Shown here: positions 1 through 13,160 of the stretch, one piece after another
Numbering within the stretch: the first letter of the stretch is position 1
Layout of the letters: every line of letters starts with the position of its first letter
Notes under the pieces: generated by a model
What the model was told of the DNA's origin: nothing
The model's database searches: none
What the model saw: the letters and a program-made list of their open reading frames with translations, nothing else
Source: Bugula neritina
Lineage: Eukaryota; Animalia; Bryozoa
DNA: 64,000 nucleotides
Assembly (NCBI GenBank): GCA_964035545.1
Contig: OZ037765.1
Coordinates: 20,460,995-20,524,994, forward strand
Direction: 5' to 3'
Made by a program: the position numbers and the translations under genes

Positions 1-555
1 CTGGTCTTCTCCTAATTGTAAAGCACCAAACTCATGGCATGCAGTGTGTTGCACATTCAGACGTTCTTATTGGCTACCCATTCTTCATATATATTTTTGC
101 TAATCATTTTACAATTCAGTACATTTAACTTTATCTTGTTCAAATTATCTTTGCTTGGTGTTAGTACATACAAGTGTAAACTTCACTCCATAATTTTCTG
201 TTTATTGCTGACAAAGCTATCTGTTCAGAGTGATAAAAAGGTAAAGTGATTTGTGAATTTATATCATAGACAGTAATGTAGATAAGTGATAATATTTCTG
301 TTACATATATACATATATGGGTGCATAAGTTAGTATGTTACACAAACTGTGATACCTACTAGCTTGCAAGTATCTGATGTAAAATTTCTTTAAAGTGTTG
401 CTTTTTTCGTGGTTGTTTTCTAAACAAAATGAGTACCAAAAGAAGCTTAACCGAATGCAGGATTAGGCTGCTGTTTTCTCTTTTAAGCAAGTATCTGCTT
501 ATTTTATTTGTGTTCCATATTGTCTTTATATTTTTCATTATGAATTTATTGCTCT

Positions 556-850
<295 letters not shown>

Positions 851-1447
851 AACACACTATTTTGATGGGTATATAGATTTAATTGCTGTTTTCCTCTATC
901 AATAAAATCATCCAACAAAATTGCTTGTAGTTCATAATTACTAAACCACTAATTTAATATATCTGTCAAGTGTGCTGCGTTTGGGTATTGGAATGGCTTT
1001 ATATATGCTTTTCATAAGCTAAAATAATGCTCAACAATAAAATGTGATATGATTTTGACAGCTCTTATGTAACATCTAATTAGCACCAATATTAATATAT
1101 TATACTAAGTTGACAAGGAGTAAATTTGCAAACTAATTAAAGTTTGAAACAAGATCCACAACTATAATTGAAGAATATTTTGCAAGTTCATATTATATTA
1201 CCATTCCCTAGCATTTCTGCTTCATTGTATTATAAGAATGTACAAGAATCACTCAACTGTGCTGTTGAAACTTGTTTGTAAACATAGGTCAAAACAATAA
1301 ACTGATGTGATTAGTAATGCTAGCTATGTTTTACCACTATAATTCAACATTGTAGTAGTGATTGAGTCATATTTCTGTTGTTGTATTTGACACGAAAGAA
1401 ATATGCATTAATTTTATTTTTAGAACAAGCCAAAGAAAGTTATTACA

Positions 1448-4400
1448 ATGGCGGCTGTGAGTGCAATCGGACAAGATTATTGTAGCAAGTATTTGTCACA
1501 GTTTTCTGCTGCTTCAAATCCTGCCAACAAGTATGGCTTAGACATGGACAGTCACAGCACCCTTGGAGCCGAGTATGACAAACTCTACGGCAGTATTCCA
1601 TATTATAACCCAGCGACAGTAGCTTATGCACATCCACAGGTATGTATTGGTAGCTAGCATGTCCTAATATCTAAAGTAGCCAGTGACACAAACTTTGGCT
1701 ATCTCTCCGTAATTACATTATAGATATAAATTAGAATAATTTTGTACTCTAATTTACGTGGTGCGTGTGTTTGATTTATCCATTAAAGTACAACCTGTGT
1801 AATAATTACGCTTATCACAAAAAAGACTGTGATTTTATTAATACCTTCTTCAAAGAAATTTATAAGCAAAATTGATGTTTTAAGTCTATGCAGCTCAGAC
1901 AGTTATCTGTACTACTTTAAAGATTTCCTCGTTTTCTAATTTGGTGTGTCTGTTAATATTTGTGTGTACAGTCAACTTGTTAGGCCTAGAAGTTTGGTTT
2001 GCAATTGTATTATTGTTAAATTACATTACCACTCTAGAGCGTAGAATATATCAAAATTTCTGATTAGTGATCTGTTAAATCCATATTTAGCAATAAATCA
2101 TCATTAGTGATGTAATAATAGTCATTTGATTACTAAATAAGCAATTCTTTAGGCAGCGACCTATTGACCCTGATGGGTTAGTAGTAAGAGTTTATTTTGA
2201 TGTTTTAAAGTGTCATTAGTAATTACTTATAGGATGACTGCTCTGCAATGCTGTGGCTTGTCTTTTTCAACACTGACACTAATAATCACTAAACCAGAAA
2301 ACTAATTCGTTTTATAAAATTTTGCGCAAACTAAAAGCCAATCAACTAGCGCAGTTGTTGGAACACCAGGCTGACTGAGGCAGCTCTGCTGTCTACGTAG
2401 TAACGGGAGCTTTTAAACTTTTATTCATCAACAAAAATATTCAACTAGAGCGTATTGTTGTTGTTGAGGATACTAAAACTATGCTTTCTTTACTGCTGGA
2501 GGTAAGTATCTCTTCAGTCTAGAGTATTCTATAGTTCTAGAAAACTTACTGATATTGAATAAGTGAATAGTTTGAAATGCTGTTGTTCAGTGGTGGATTT
2601 ACACATTGAGTTTTTCTATCACTCTGTTAGGCTACTGCCATAGTGATCTAGAGCGTGACAATAAGAACTCTTCTGTTATGTGCTAAAATTCTTCTTGTTT
2701 CTTAATCTCAGTTTCAAGTTATTCAAATTTGATTTTAGATGTTTAAGACTTATTCAATAGAACAATTTGTTTTGATGAAAGTTGTTGGCTGAATATTAGA
2801 ACTTGGAATTGCCATTGGCCCTCTGTTACTTGAAACACCTGCTAAAATATCCAATAACTTGTCTGGTGAATTTTTCACTGATAGTCTCAGCAACAAGACA
2901 GCAAGCAGTTTTACGCATATATAGTGTAAGAACAGATATACTATTCTAAATAGCCATCGGCAACAGTTCTTTTTGAAACTTCATTTAAGGAAACACAATT
3001 AGGAAGTAATTGTCCTGATTACCAGAATTTACAAATTATTCAAAAGTCTATACTCATTCTCTCCAACACAATAATATTAGACCAAACAGTTCAATAGTAT
3101 ATATATAGTTCTGCAGGTTTATGAATTAAGGTTACTATAAAGATCATGTTTAATTACAATTGCTGTGTCATAATATCATAATCATTGACTGTATGTTCAT
3201 ATTGTACAACTACTAATATCTGTGTATTGCCTTGTGCAATAAAATATGATGGCTAAAATATGATCTGTATGAATGGTGTCTGTATAGTTGTTTGTTATTC
3301 AACTTGATTGTCATTCTAAAGGACAAATTAAAAGCCCCTCTTCATGTTAAGCAAGGTTCACTGTGATATCATGTTGAACTTCATTTAGCACTGCTCTTTC
3401 ACTAGTGACTTTGTAGATGTATCATAACACATGAGCAAAGACCAAACAACTAACCTTTGCCCATTTTCTAGCTACTTTATGCTATTTTATTTGTTTTATG
3501 AAGTCACATGATGTCAAAATGTGTGATTTCATCACAATGCTTTTCAAGCTAGGAGTAACGCAGCAATTTTTTGAAATATAGAATATTACGTTAAATGTGT
3601 AAAGCTATTACTTTATTGAAATCAATGCTCGGTTGGCCAACTCACTATTGCTCGGTTGGTCCTTATATACCAAGGTGATATTTGTAATGCTGAGTTTACC
3701 CAGTGGCCCCTGTGGTATAATGGTTAAGCGCCTGCTTGCAAGCCGGAGGTCTCGAGTTCGAATTCCAGTTTGGGAAGAAAAGTTTTATAAAGTCTAGGCT
3801 AGATTCAAACTACCCATCAGTTCATTTGTACTAATAGATATATAATATACAATCATGCTGCATTTTACCAGCTTTTTCAGTTGAAAAAAACTAATAATTT
3901 AGTAAATACTGCTCCTAAAGAAAAATATCCCACCGCTAGCTTTTGGCCAATAAAACTAATCAAACAGGCCATGAGGATTTTCACAAGCTTGTTGAATATT
4001 TGTAGGCTTATCCACCAGCTGCATACGACATGAACTCCACAGGAAGCTACCTGTCTTCGCAGTGTAACAGCGCAACACCAAAGTCACTAAGCAGCTCACA
4101 GTACCCCTCTCAACAAACAGCCACCTGGAACAACGTGCAAAGTAAGTGGCTATTAGGAGAAAGTTATTAGTGCAAATTTACTTTACTGCATTATCCTTAA
4201 AAAATGCATTAGTCAAAATTTTGGCTATGTAAGTAAAATTTTTTACCGCCATTGTTTTACAATTTAGTCGTGCTCTAGCCAAAAGGTGGCGTCTAGAGTT
4301 TTGAATCAAATTGTTAAGGTTTTATTCATGGCATATGTGAGGTTTGGTGAGGTGCTATGAATGAAGAGATTCTTTTGCGACTACCTCACAGTTTAAGAAT

Positions 4401-7400
4401 TCTCATCAGCAGTAGTGCATGATGTGGTGACTGCGACATTTTCATGGCTTGACTCACTCACTTCCAGTGTCCAAAGCCAGCCATCCATCTAGACTTCATA
4501 ATGTCATGATGTATGATTGTGAGCTATCTAATTAATAGTTATTACATTAGTGGCAAATTTATAATAACCATTAGCCGTGAACCAAATTTCGACCCTGTCT
4601 GTTTAAAATAAAACCGGCCATTGTTTGGAAATGATGAGTCATTCAATATTCTCCTCACAATATTATTTCCTGGTTTGTTATTATAGACAAATAGGAGCAA
4701 CTTTTAATGAAGTATTTAGTGCTGTAGCACTAATGGTGTAATATTATATTGCTATGGCTTTTAATAATGTAGGCTGATTCAATTGAGTTTTGAGGAAATA
4801 GTGAGTTCAAGGCTAAAACTGTACAATAAAGAACTGGAGGACTGTAAATAATTAGCAATAATTGCATATAGGATGTTTTTGTTTTCAACATAAGGACAGT
4901 TTGTCTATCCCAACTGTCATATCTTCAAAATATAAGCTAGTCAAATCTAGGTATAGTTTCCATGTGATTCCTACTTTATGATTTCTTATGGAGCTTTCTC
5001 ACTGAGCTAGACTCATGTTATCACCTGATGTGGTTCACTTATCTTCCAGTAACTCTGTTGTTGTCCTGTCACTAGTAAAACAAACCACCAAGCCCTCCCC
5101 CTTACCCCTAGTCACAAGCACTAAAAGATAACATATTTACTGCAGTTGTATCTAGCATGTGACTTGCAATAGTATTTTAGACAGCAAGTTGCCACACAAC
5201 TGTGATTCTTCATATTTTTTGTAGTCATTACTTCTTTATAATAATTTTTTATAGATTTGGCTCTTTGGCCCTTGCTTGGAGTATATATAACAGTTTGGAG
5301 ATATAAAGCAGAACAATGAAGTTTCAATTTGTATTTAAATTTGCATCTGATCAGTGTAACATTTACTTGCTCAGTTAAGTCAATCATGGGCTGAAATTGT
5401 TGTATCTGAAAACAATAATACAACTTAGCAAAAAGATTAGTTTTACATGCAGCATCTATTATGACTTTCCATTGTTGGCTAGGAATCAAATTTCCACCCT
5501 TCACAGCAGCCTTGTAGACTGTGACTGCCCAGGGTACAATATTAGTAATTATGTTCTTTAGATAGTGGGAATTATCCCCCTCCTGCTCACACAAGTCACA
5601 TGGGTGGGTCTGGAGAGATGTATGACATGGCTGCGTACAACAGAGCCCAGTCTATGTACAATTCCTACGCCACTGACAATGCAGCCCAGTGGAGATATTC
5701 CAGCATGACAGATGTTAGCCAATCATCTCCAGATAGCATCTCAACTACTGCAGGTAAAATATTCATTATTATACATTTTCAGAATATTTTTTAGCAAAAC
5801 AATCTTAATTTTGATAAAGGGGGATGTTTGTTTTTGTACAGTATCTGTTTCTAGCTTTGACATTCATAACGACAAGAATTTTTCCAATATTAGAATAGGC
5901 AATATGAGCAGCACACTAAAAGTCACAAATTTACCATATAAACTAGAGGTTGTGCTTACCAGCTCCTAGCTTACACATTCCTAGGTTATAGCTGTATGCT
6001 ATCTTTATGGTATGGTGTTTAATCACAATCGCTGTATATTTAGATGTAACAACATTTTTGTTGTAGTCATTTCTAGCTATTAAAGTTTAATTCGGAAATT
6101 AATAAAATAATCATTTTATTGTTGAAAAACTATGCCAAAGAGCTTGTTATTGTCTAAAAGTTCATGAAGATTTTAATTTGAAACTGCAACCTTGAAATTT
6201 GTCAAGCCAGATTTTCATCACAAGGTCAAATCAAGGTCATGAGGTCAGCCATCTATGTCAAAATAAAATATCAAAATAGTTCAATTGACACAGTGAGCAT
6301 AATTAAGCGTACAGCAAAGCTGAAGAGAAACTGTATAAATAAAGGAAAAATTATGACAACTTGTGGCCATGCCTGCAAACTGTCGCATCAACAGTCCTCG
6401 CAGGCTCCATGCTCTTTAAAATACTGTGGGCTACAAGACGTTATACCTACTAGTGCCCATAGTGTAGGTAAAATATAATGATAACCTCTGTCTGTTGTAA
6501 AGTAGAGTAACAAAATATGTTCACTTGTTGATGGGTTCTAACTGCTACAGGAAAACAGTATGGTCAATGTTGGGGCTCAAGAAGAGCTAGTTCCACTTCA
6601 ACAGTGACTCAAATAATAATCATAGCATTGCTAAAACACTAATCATAGTATTACAGCTCATATGATAATACCATATCCACATGTATACTCTAGTATAACC
6701 ATACTAAAACTTTTATGTTGTAATACTCTGGGCTTTTAGTAATATAAAATTAGAGTTGTTAAATGAATTCTTCCAACTAACAAATATTTATGCTGCTTGA
6801 TAACTGCTTGTAAGTGTTGGTAATAAAGTTTCTTGTACAATGTTTTGGGCTGTTTGAAAAGTGAATTACAACTGAAATAAAACATTTGACCTGATTAGAG
6901 TGGTTTTAATGGAAAACATGTGTAATAACTGTATATAGTTTTAAAACTATAAAAGTGAAGAAAGCGTAATTAAACAAAGAAAAAGTAGATTACAATAAAA
7001 ATATATGGCAAAGAAACAAATATTGCCTAATAGGTGCTGTCTAGAACATAAGTATTCAATATAACATGGCAATATTTCTTTCAAAAGTGATAAAAGTTTA
7101 AATATGCAAAGAATTTAGTACAATTCTTGCATGTAAACATTTGGTTGGCAATTAGGTGCTACAATGTGTCAGCTGTAAATATTTATAGTAACTTAGGGTT
7201 AGGGCCGAAGTTGCAGAGTTGACAGCATTGTCACGGCAGCACATAGCTTCTATAACATGTGGTGGCTGCTCGTATATTTATTACTTTAGTAGAGATGCTG
7301 TGTTTATCTTATGAATATTTTGAGCTGCATATGTATATGCTTATACAACGGCTTTATTTCAAAATTAATATATTTTATTTACAGACAATAATTAACGATA

Positions 7401-9357
7401 TTTGTAAATATTTTATTTCTAATCAATTAATTTGGGTTAATAGAAAAAGCAACAGTCTCATGGAAAAATGCATTTTCAACTTAAATGTTTATCGGCAGTT
7501 AATAAAGACATCTATTGAATAAATTTTTCAGCAATTGAACACCTTAAAAAGTCCAAATCTTTTTAAATATCAGAAGATTGTATACTCATAATATGCCTAT
7601 TTAGCACATGCTTTTAATCAAGTAAATAAAACAATGGTTTATATTGCAAGTTGACTTTCTTATGATTTTAGAAACATGTAATATATAAAACATGATTTTA
7701 TTTTTAATTATAGTATTCATAAGTTGTGTTAATAATAAACTGCATAAATATTCACAGATATGGCTCAGCACGGCATGAATAATATGGATGACTTCTATCC
7801 AGATGGTAGAGAATGTGTAAACTGTGGTTCCTTGTCAACACCCCTGTGGAGACGGGACGGTACTGGACACTACCTCTGTAATGCTTGCGGCCTCTACCAC
7901 ACTGTTAATGGGCAGAACAGACCATTAATAAAAAGTGCGCAGAGAAGACTGGTGAGTTATTCAGAATAGTTATAATGCCCCCTTCCCTTTATTCTTACAA
8001 AAATAGAACAAAATTGAGTGCCACAAGTGATGAAAATGTAACTACCGATTGTAACAAAAATCAACCAGTAGGTATACATAATAAACAGAATATTAAAAAT
8101 AGCTATCATAACATAAAACTGATACCATTTTTTATTGTTTTCATTATTGTTGGTTTATGCAACTAAAGATGGCGCATTTTTCACATGTATGTTTCAAACA
8201 GAAAGTAAGTCAAATTACTACAGCTTTAACTTCAAAACATGTTTGTCAGGGTTAACATTGTTCAACATGCCTTTAAATAAAACTTTGCCAGCCTAAGTTT
8301 GGAATTGTAATAAACAATTTGGCAAGATACTATGCATGACACCCGTCATCATGTGACTATTGTAGAGCAATATCGTGTGATATCCTAAAGTCTCAATGTG
8401 AAATATATGAACCTAAGTAGACATTAAATTTGATCGAAGTTGACTAGCTGGTGTGAAACAAAACTTGAAACTCAATGGACATCAAATTTATTAATTCTAT
8501 TTTGAACATAATTTTCCTGAAATATTTTTTAGTTTCAGAACAAAGTATATACTCTTTTAATGTTATGATCATGATTTATATTAGTATAGCCAACATAAAA
8601 CACAAATATTTAAAATATATATATCATTTAATTTCATGGCACACTCAAACCGTTTTACTATGCATAAACAGTTACAAATTGTATATATAAAAAATTATAA
8701 ACACGTTATAGTGACATATAATCATATATCCATATCATATATATTTATTTTTAAGCTCGTGTGTTGTACAGATAACCTTTTGATAAATGCTATTTTTTGG
8801 CAATTGTCAGCTTAATCATTCTTGTACATTCTTATCTGGCAGTGTTTCTTACACTTTGTAATTGGCTTGAACATTCTGTATTCTTTGTTATTCTTAGTCA
8901 TCATCACGGAGACAAGGTGCAGCCTGTGCCAACTGCCACACAACGCAAACTACTCTGTGGAGACGGGATAATGAAGGGCAACCAGTTTGTAATGCTTGTG
9001 GACTTTACTACAAATTGCACAATGTAAGAACACTCTAACAACTCCAGGTTGTATAAACAAGTACTTGGTGTTTATAAAATAGTATAAATGAATTCACTGC
9101 TATTTTAAGTCACAAAAAAAGAGATGTTCGTTCAAATTTGTGGGTCATATTCTTCTTTTTTATTTAAATATTTTTTAATTAATAAAAAAGAAAAAATGTT
9201 CATTTTCAAAAATCATCACCTGGTAATACTTGCAATGATATCAAGTTTTAATAGTTTAGAAGAGAGTTTCAGCAAAGATTGTATAACGCTTCTTCTAAAG
9301 TTATTGTTCATCAATATATATAGAACAAATATATATATGGAACAAATATATATATGG

Positions 9358-9455
<98 letters not shown>

Positions 9456-10597
9456 CATATATGTATTATGGTAATATTAATCATTGTAATATATTGTTTT
9501 AGGTTAACAGACCACTTACAATGAAAAAAGATGGAATACAAACAAGAAAAAGAAAACCCAAGTCTTCAAACAAGGAAAAGCCAACAAGTGAGTTTTTTTC
9601 TAATCTTATGACATATTATGCAATGATAGCACATTAGCAAAGACTGCACTGAATTAATCTTTGGTCTGCACAAGACCTTAGTCCTTCTACTTCCTTGTCA
9701 TTGTGTCACTGATATGCACTTAAAATGACCTTCATTCTATTTATATACATGTGTCAGTTAATTGTGTTGACTTCTGTTTCTAATATATCATATGTTACCA
9801 TATTTCAAGCCAAACTGTGTGATGGCATCTTCAAACCATTACAGCAAAAGTGGATATTGCACATATAATGCACTCAATGCTGTATTAATGCAGCTCCTAT
9901 TTTTTAGAGATTGCTATGGATAATTTTTCATTAATTATATCTTTTTCATTTGAAAATAATATTTTATACATCGCAGTATTTTAATAAGGTGAACCTGTAT
10001 TAATGTATTCTCATAATGAAGTTATTATTTCAGAACCAAAGAGCAATCCAAACACAGTACAATCAGCCAGTAGTCACTTAGTGAGTTCAATGAATAATAA
10101 CAGAAAGGTACCTACTCTCTCCTCGGCTAATCGGGAAAAATCTGCCTCACCTGTGCTCAATGAAAAGTTATCCAAAGCTTCATCTAAACCATTGAATAGG
10201 TAAATAATGGTAGCTATAGCAGCAAATATAATGTGGTTCATCTATCGAAGTGCTACAGTTAGAACATTAGTTGTTTGAAAACTTCTGTTGATGTGATATT
10301 TTTGTGTGTTAACATCTAGTTGGTGTTTGCAGTGATCTTGATGTAGGAAAATCAGATCTCTCTCAATCATCTGACGCGGCTGTGTCTGTCTACAATTCAC
10401 ACGAGAGCCAATCACTGATGTCATATAGGGACAGCCCACCTTCGTCCATTTATTCAACTAGTGCCAATCAAATGGTATCATACCCCACTCAATCTCTTTC
10501 TCAATCCGCTCCTATATACAACAATGACTTCAATATTTCCTCAAATGTAGAATTTACTACCAATGATTTACCAACAAGTCAAGTTACAGTTAGCTAA
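1448..10597 (+). CDS. GATA456: GATA4/5/6-class zinc-finger transcription factor, paralogue A (about 451 aa, 8 coding exons)
   Basis: Exons 1448-1639, 4006-4141, 5562-5753, 7758-7951, 8898-9023, 9503-9587, 10034-10199, 10333-10597. All introns are GT-AG and phase-consistent (1356 nt). N-finger [29 protein letters not shown]; C-finger [33 protein letters not shown]; basic tail [20 protein letters not shown] (TRKRKPK is typical of the GATA456 class). An acceptor at 1423/1424 implies an upstream non-coding exon. Confidence 0.92.
2481..2501 (+). CDS. Candidate alternative first coding exon of GATA paralogue A (MLSLLLE)
   Basis: ATG...GAG is followed by a consensus GTAAGT donor, phase 0, compatible with the phase-0 acceptor at 4006. 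TATAAAA at about 2313 lies upstream. Confidence 0.4.
3683..3776 (+). mobile_element. tRNA-like interspersed repeat, copy 1 (23-bp leader plus degenerate tRNA-like body)
   Basis: TGTAATGCTGAGTTTACCCAGTG-GCCCCTGTGGTATAATGGTTAAGCGCCTGCTTGCAAGCCGGAGGTCTCGAGTTCGAATTCC contains A- and B-box-like motifs and aligns with the copies at 34784-35115 and 54506-54578. Confidence 0.75.
9363..9448. repeat. (TA)n microsatellite in a GATA-A intron
   Basis: Perfect TA run of about 43 units. Confidence 0.95.
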
Positions 10598-12049
10598 GCA
10601 CAAGTAATAGCTTTTAAGTTTTAAGAAAGCATTCTGAAATTCATAACTTATGTCATGAAGCACTGAATTATAAGCTGTTGTTAGTGATGAAAATTATTCT
10701 GTTTTATTTTCATATGCTTATTAGATATTAGTTACAACCCAGTATAAGCAGTTAATTAATACTCTCTCCATTCATGCCCAAAGCTTATTGTTTACATAAT
10801 GCACTTTTACAATAAGTGGTTGTCTCCTCATTTGTGTCAATAGTTTCTGAAAAAACCTGGAGTTGTTTTCTACTGACTAGCTAGTAGTTATTAGCAGTTA
10901 CATTATTATTGTTCTTTCTGATTACTACCGTAGCTGCTATTTTGTAGCATTTAAAACATTATAGGTGTCATTCCAGTTTATTTATGAAATAAAGCTTTTC
11001 AAAAAGATTTATCAATTTTGAATAACTATTTATAAATAGGTCATTTCATATAACTTTTTTGTTATTCTCTGTTTCCAAATAACCTTGTATATATTGATTT
11101 TGATTTTCTGAAACCTATATACACACAGCATTGCATTCATTCAGTTTTTGTTAATTTTGTTGTGTACGCCTTGGTATTCAAACCATTCCTTTTAGTTCTA
11201 TTAAATTACAATATTGTATTTAACTTTTCTTATGAAATGTTATTTATTCAATGCTAATCTTGGTTCATACATTGAATGTAATATATGATTTATACAGAAA
11301 ATGAAAATACGAATATGAATAATCCTATTGATATTTTATTGATACTTGTAGTTAGTTAAAGGCTTCTGGCATAATAAACTAACACCCTTCATATTTATGT
11401 ATTGATATGTCATACATTGGTTTCTGGTATCAGCTTGTATGCATGAATCTAAAATATTTTGTGTACTACAATACTGTCATTATGTTATATATTATTATTT
11501 AATTTGAAATTATAGTCATAAATAAATTAACTATCAAAATAACTTTTCAAATATGCATTTTTCTTCAACAAAAAAGATTTTTAACATAATTTCACAAATT
11601 TGCTGATGACACTTGAAATGATAATATAGTACAAAATTGACAATGCTTCATTTTTTTCCAAAGGTACATAATCAGACTTTTAGCTGCTCTACCAAAACAA
11701 TTCAACATAACAAACTAAATTAAGAACAAAAAATAATACTGATCTAATATAAAACATGACTATTACAGTACACATGTTTAATTTAGCAACAAACGCCTAA
11801 ACTATATCTGTTCAGCAGCTCAAAGTACAGTGTATAATGCAATGAGTGTAATTCAAAACATCATGAAATTTAAATTCATCATACCTGGACAGTTTTAAAT
11901 GAATTTTTAAAAAAGATATGAGTTTGGCTATTGTTTCTGTTTTAAAACGTTTCAATATTTTAACGTTGAATTTTTTCACCACGCTATATATTTAAACCGA
12001 GCACTCCTATGTACACGTATAGCTTCAATCGATGCTTACTTGGTGACGC

Positions 12050-12430
12050 CTATCAAGTTTGAATATTAAACTCTGTCGAGATAAGAGTCGTTACAAAGCA
12101 AACCATGGCGAGATAAGAAAGCAATGGTTTAAACAATCTCTCGTCTCCTCCCCTTCACTAGCTTAAATTTTGGTACTGCCAGCTGCATGGCTTTTCGTGT
12201 GGAGGATACAAATAGATTTTTGGTTGTTTTTGGTAAAATATGCTGACAACTAGAAAAAATTATTGAGCCGGCTGCTGCAGACAAGCATCTTGTATGTGGA
12301 CTGAGACGAATAGTATAACGCTTATCACTGCTTCTCAACTAGCCTACAGGTATATTAAGAGTGAGATAATAAGAGTTTATCGTTTAGTTCTGTTGTCTAC
12401 CTTTATTAACACAGCAGTCGTGATAGTGGC
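12050..12430 (+). promoter_or_regulatory. Putative promoter/5' non-coding exon region of GATA paralogue B with clustered WGATAR motifs
   Basis: CTATCA 12050, AGATAA 12079 and 12111 (both within CGAGATAAGA), TTATCA 12322, AGATAA 12364, TGATAG 12421. The region is locally CpG-richer, with a candidate donor CAG|GTATAT at 12349/12350 and an acceptor at 13158 just before the ATG. Confidence 0.45.
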
Positions 12431-13160
12431 TTAACTATATATTATACTTCCATCTCTCAATCTCTGATTTCTTTTATAGCTAGTATACCAAACTTGCATT
12501 ATTCTTATCGATGTGCTTGTAGTTATCTTTATTTGGGTTGCTCTTGTCAAAAATTGACAAGAAGAATATAAAAACAAGTTTCTTATAATCATAGTAAGCT
12601 GTATAGAAGTGATTAGTTTGAAACAAGCTCGGCGCAAAATTTAATATTGCTTGGTAACAGCTTCATAACAATGCAGTAATACGAGTTGCTGGAATTTAGA
12701 TACTCTTCGTGCCAAGATTAGATTTTTACGATAAACTCTCCGTTATAGTGTCAATTTAACTTTTATTCTATGACAATAAAATGACTAGCTGGATAATCAA
12801 CTTTATCTTCTAGTGAAGCAAATTAACGTGAAACTTGTAGACACAATGATGGATACAATGATGCTTTAAGCAAATATGTTGTACTCCGTTTCACGGTGAT
12901 GTCTTGGTATTGCATTCATTTTGCATTATTTGGCATAACTGACATTTTGAAAACTGACAGCAAACCTTATAGTATGCGAAGATTCTCTGGTAGTAATAAC
13001 AAAAATGCTGTTATTACGGTCAGTTGGGGGAAAGTATTGGTATTGCTTTCATTAAATTTCATAATGGTAAGTAGTTTCTATTATGAAATCTTAAAATTTG
13101 TTTCACTCGATGTTAGTTACATAAACGCTGTAACTTATTTTGTATTTTTTTCAATTAGAA

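Noticed and set aside
5121-5594. 157-aa minus-strand ORF (also 14982-15341)
   Set aside because: Antisense within GATA introns, with no recognisable domain or supporting splice structure.
7193-7204. TTAGGGTTAGGG, and TAACCCTAA at about 60382, as a possible telomerase RNA template
   Set aside because: Only 1.5-2 units, with no pseudoknot or H/ACA domain recognisable next to either site.
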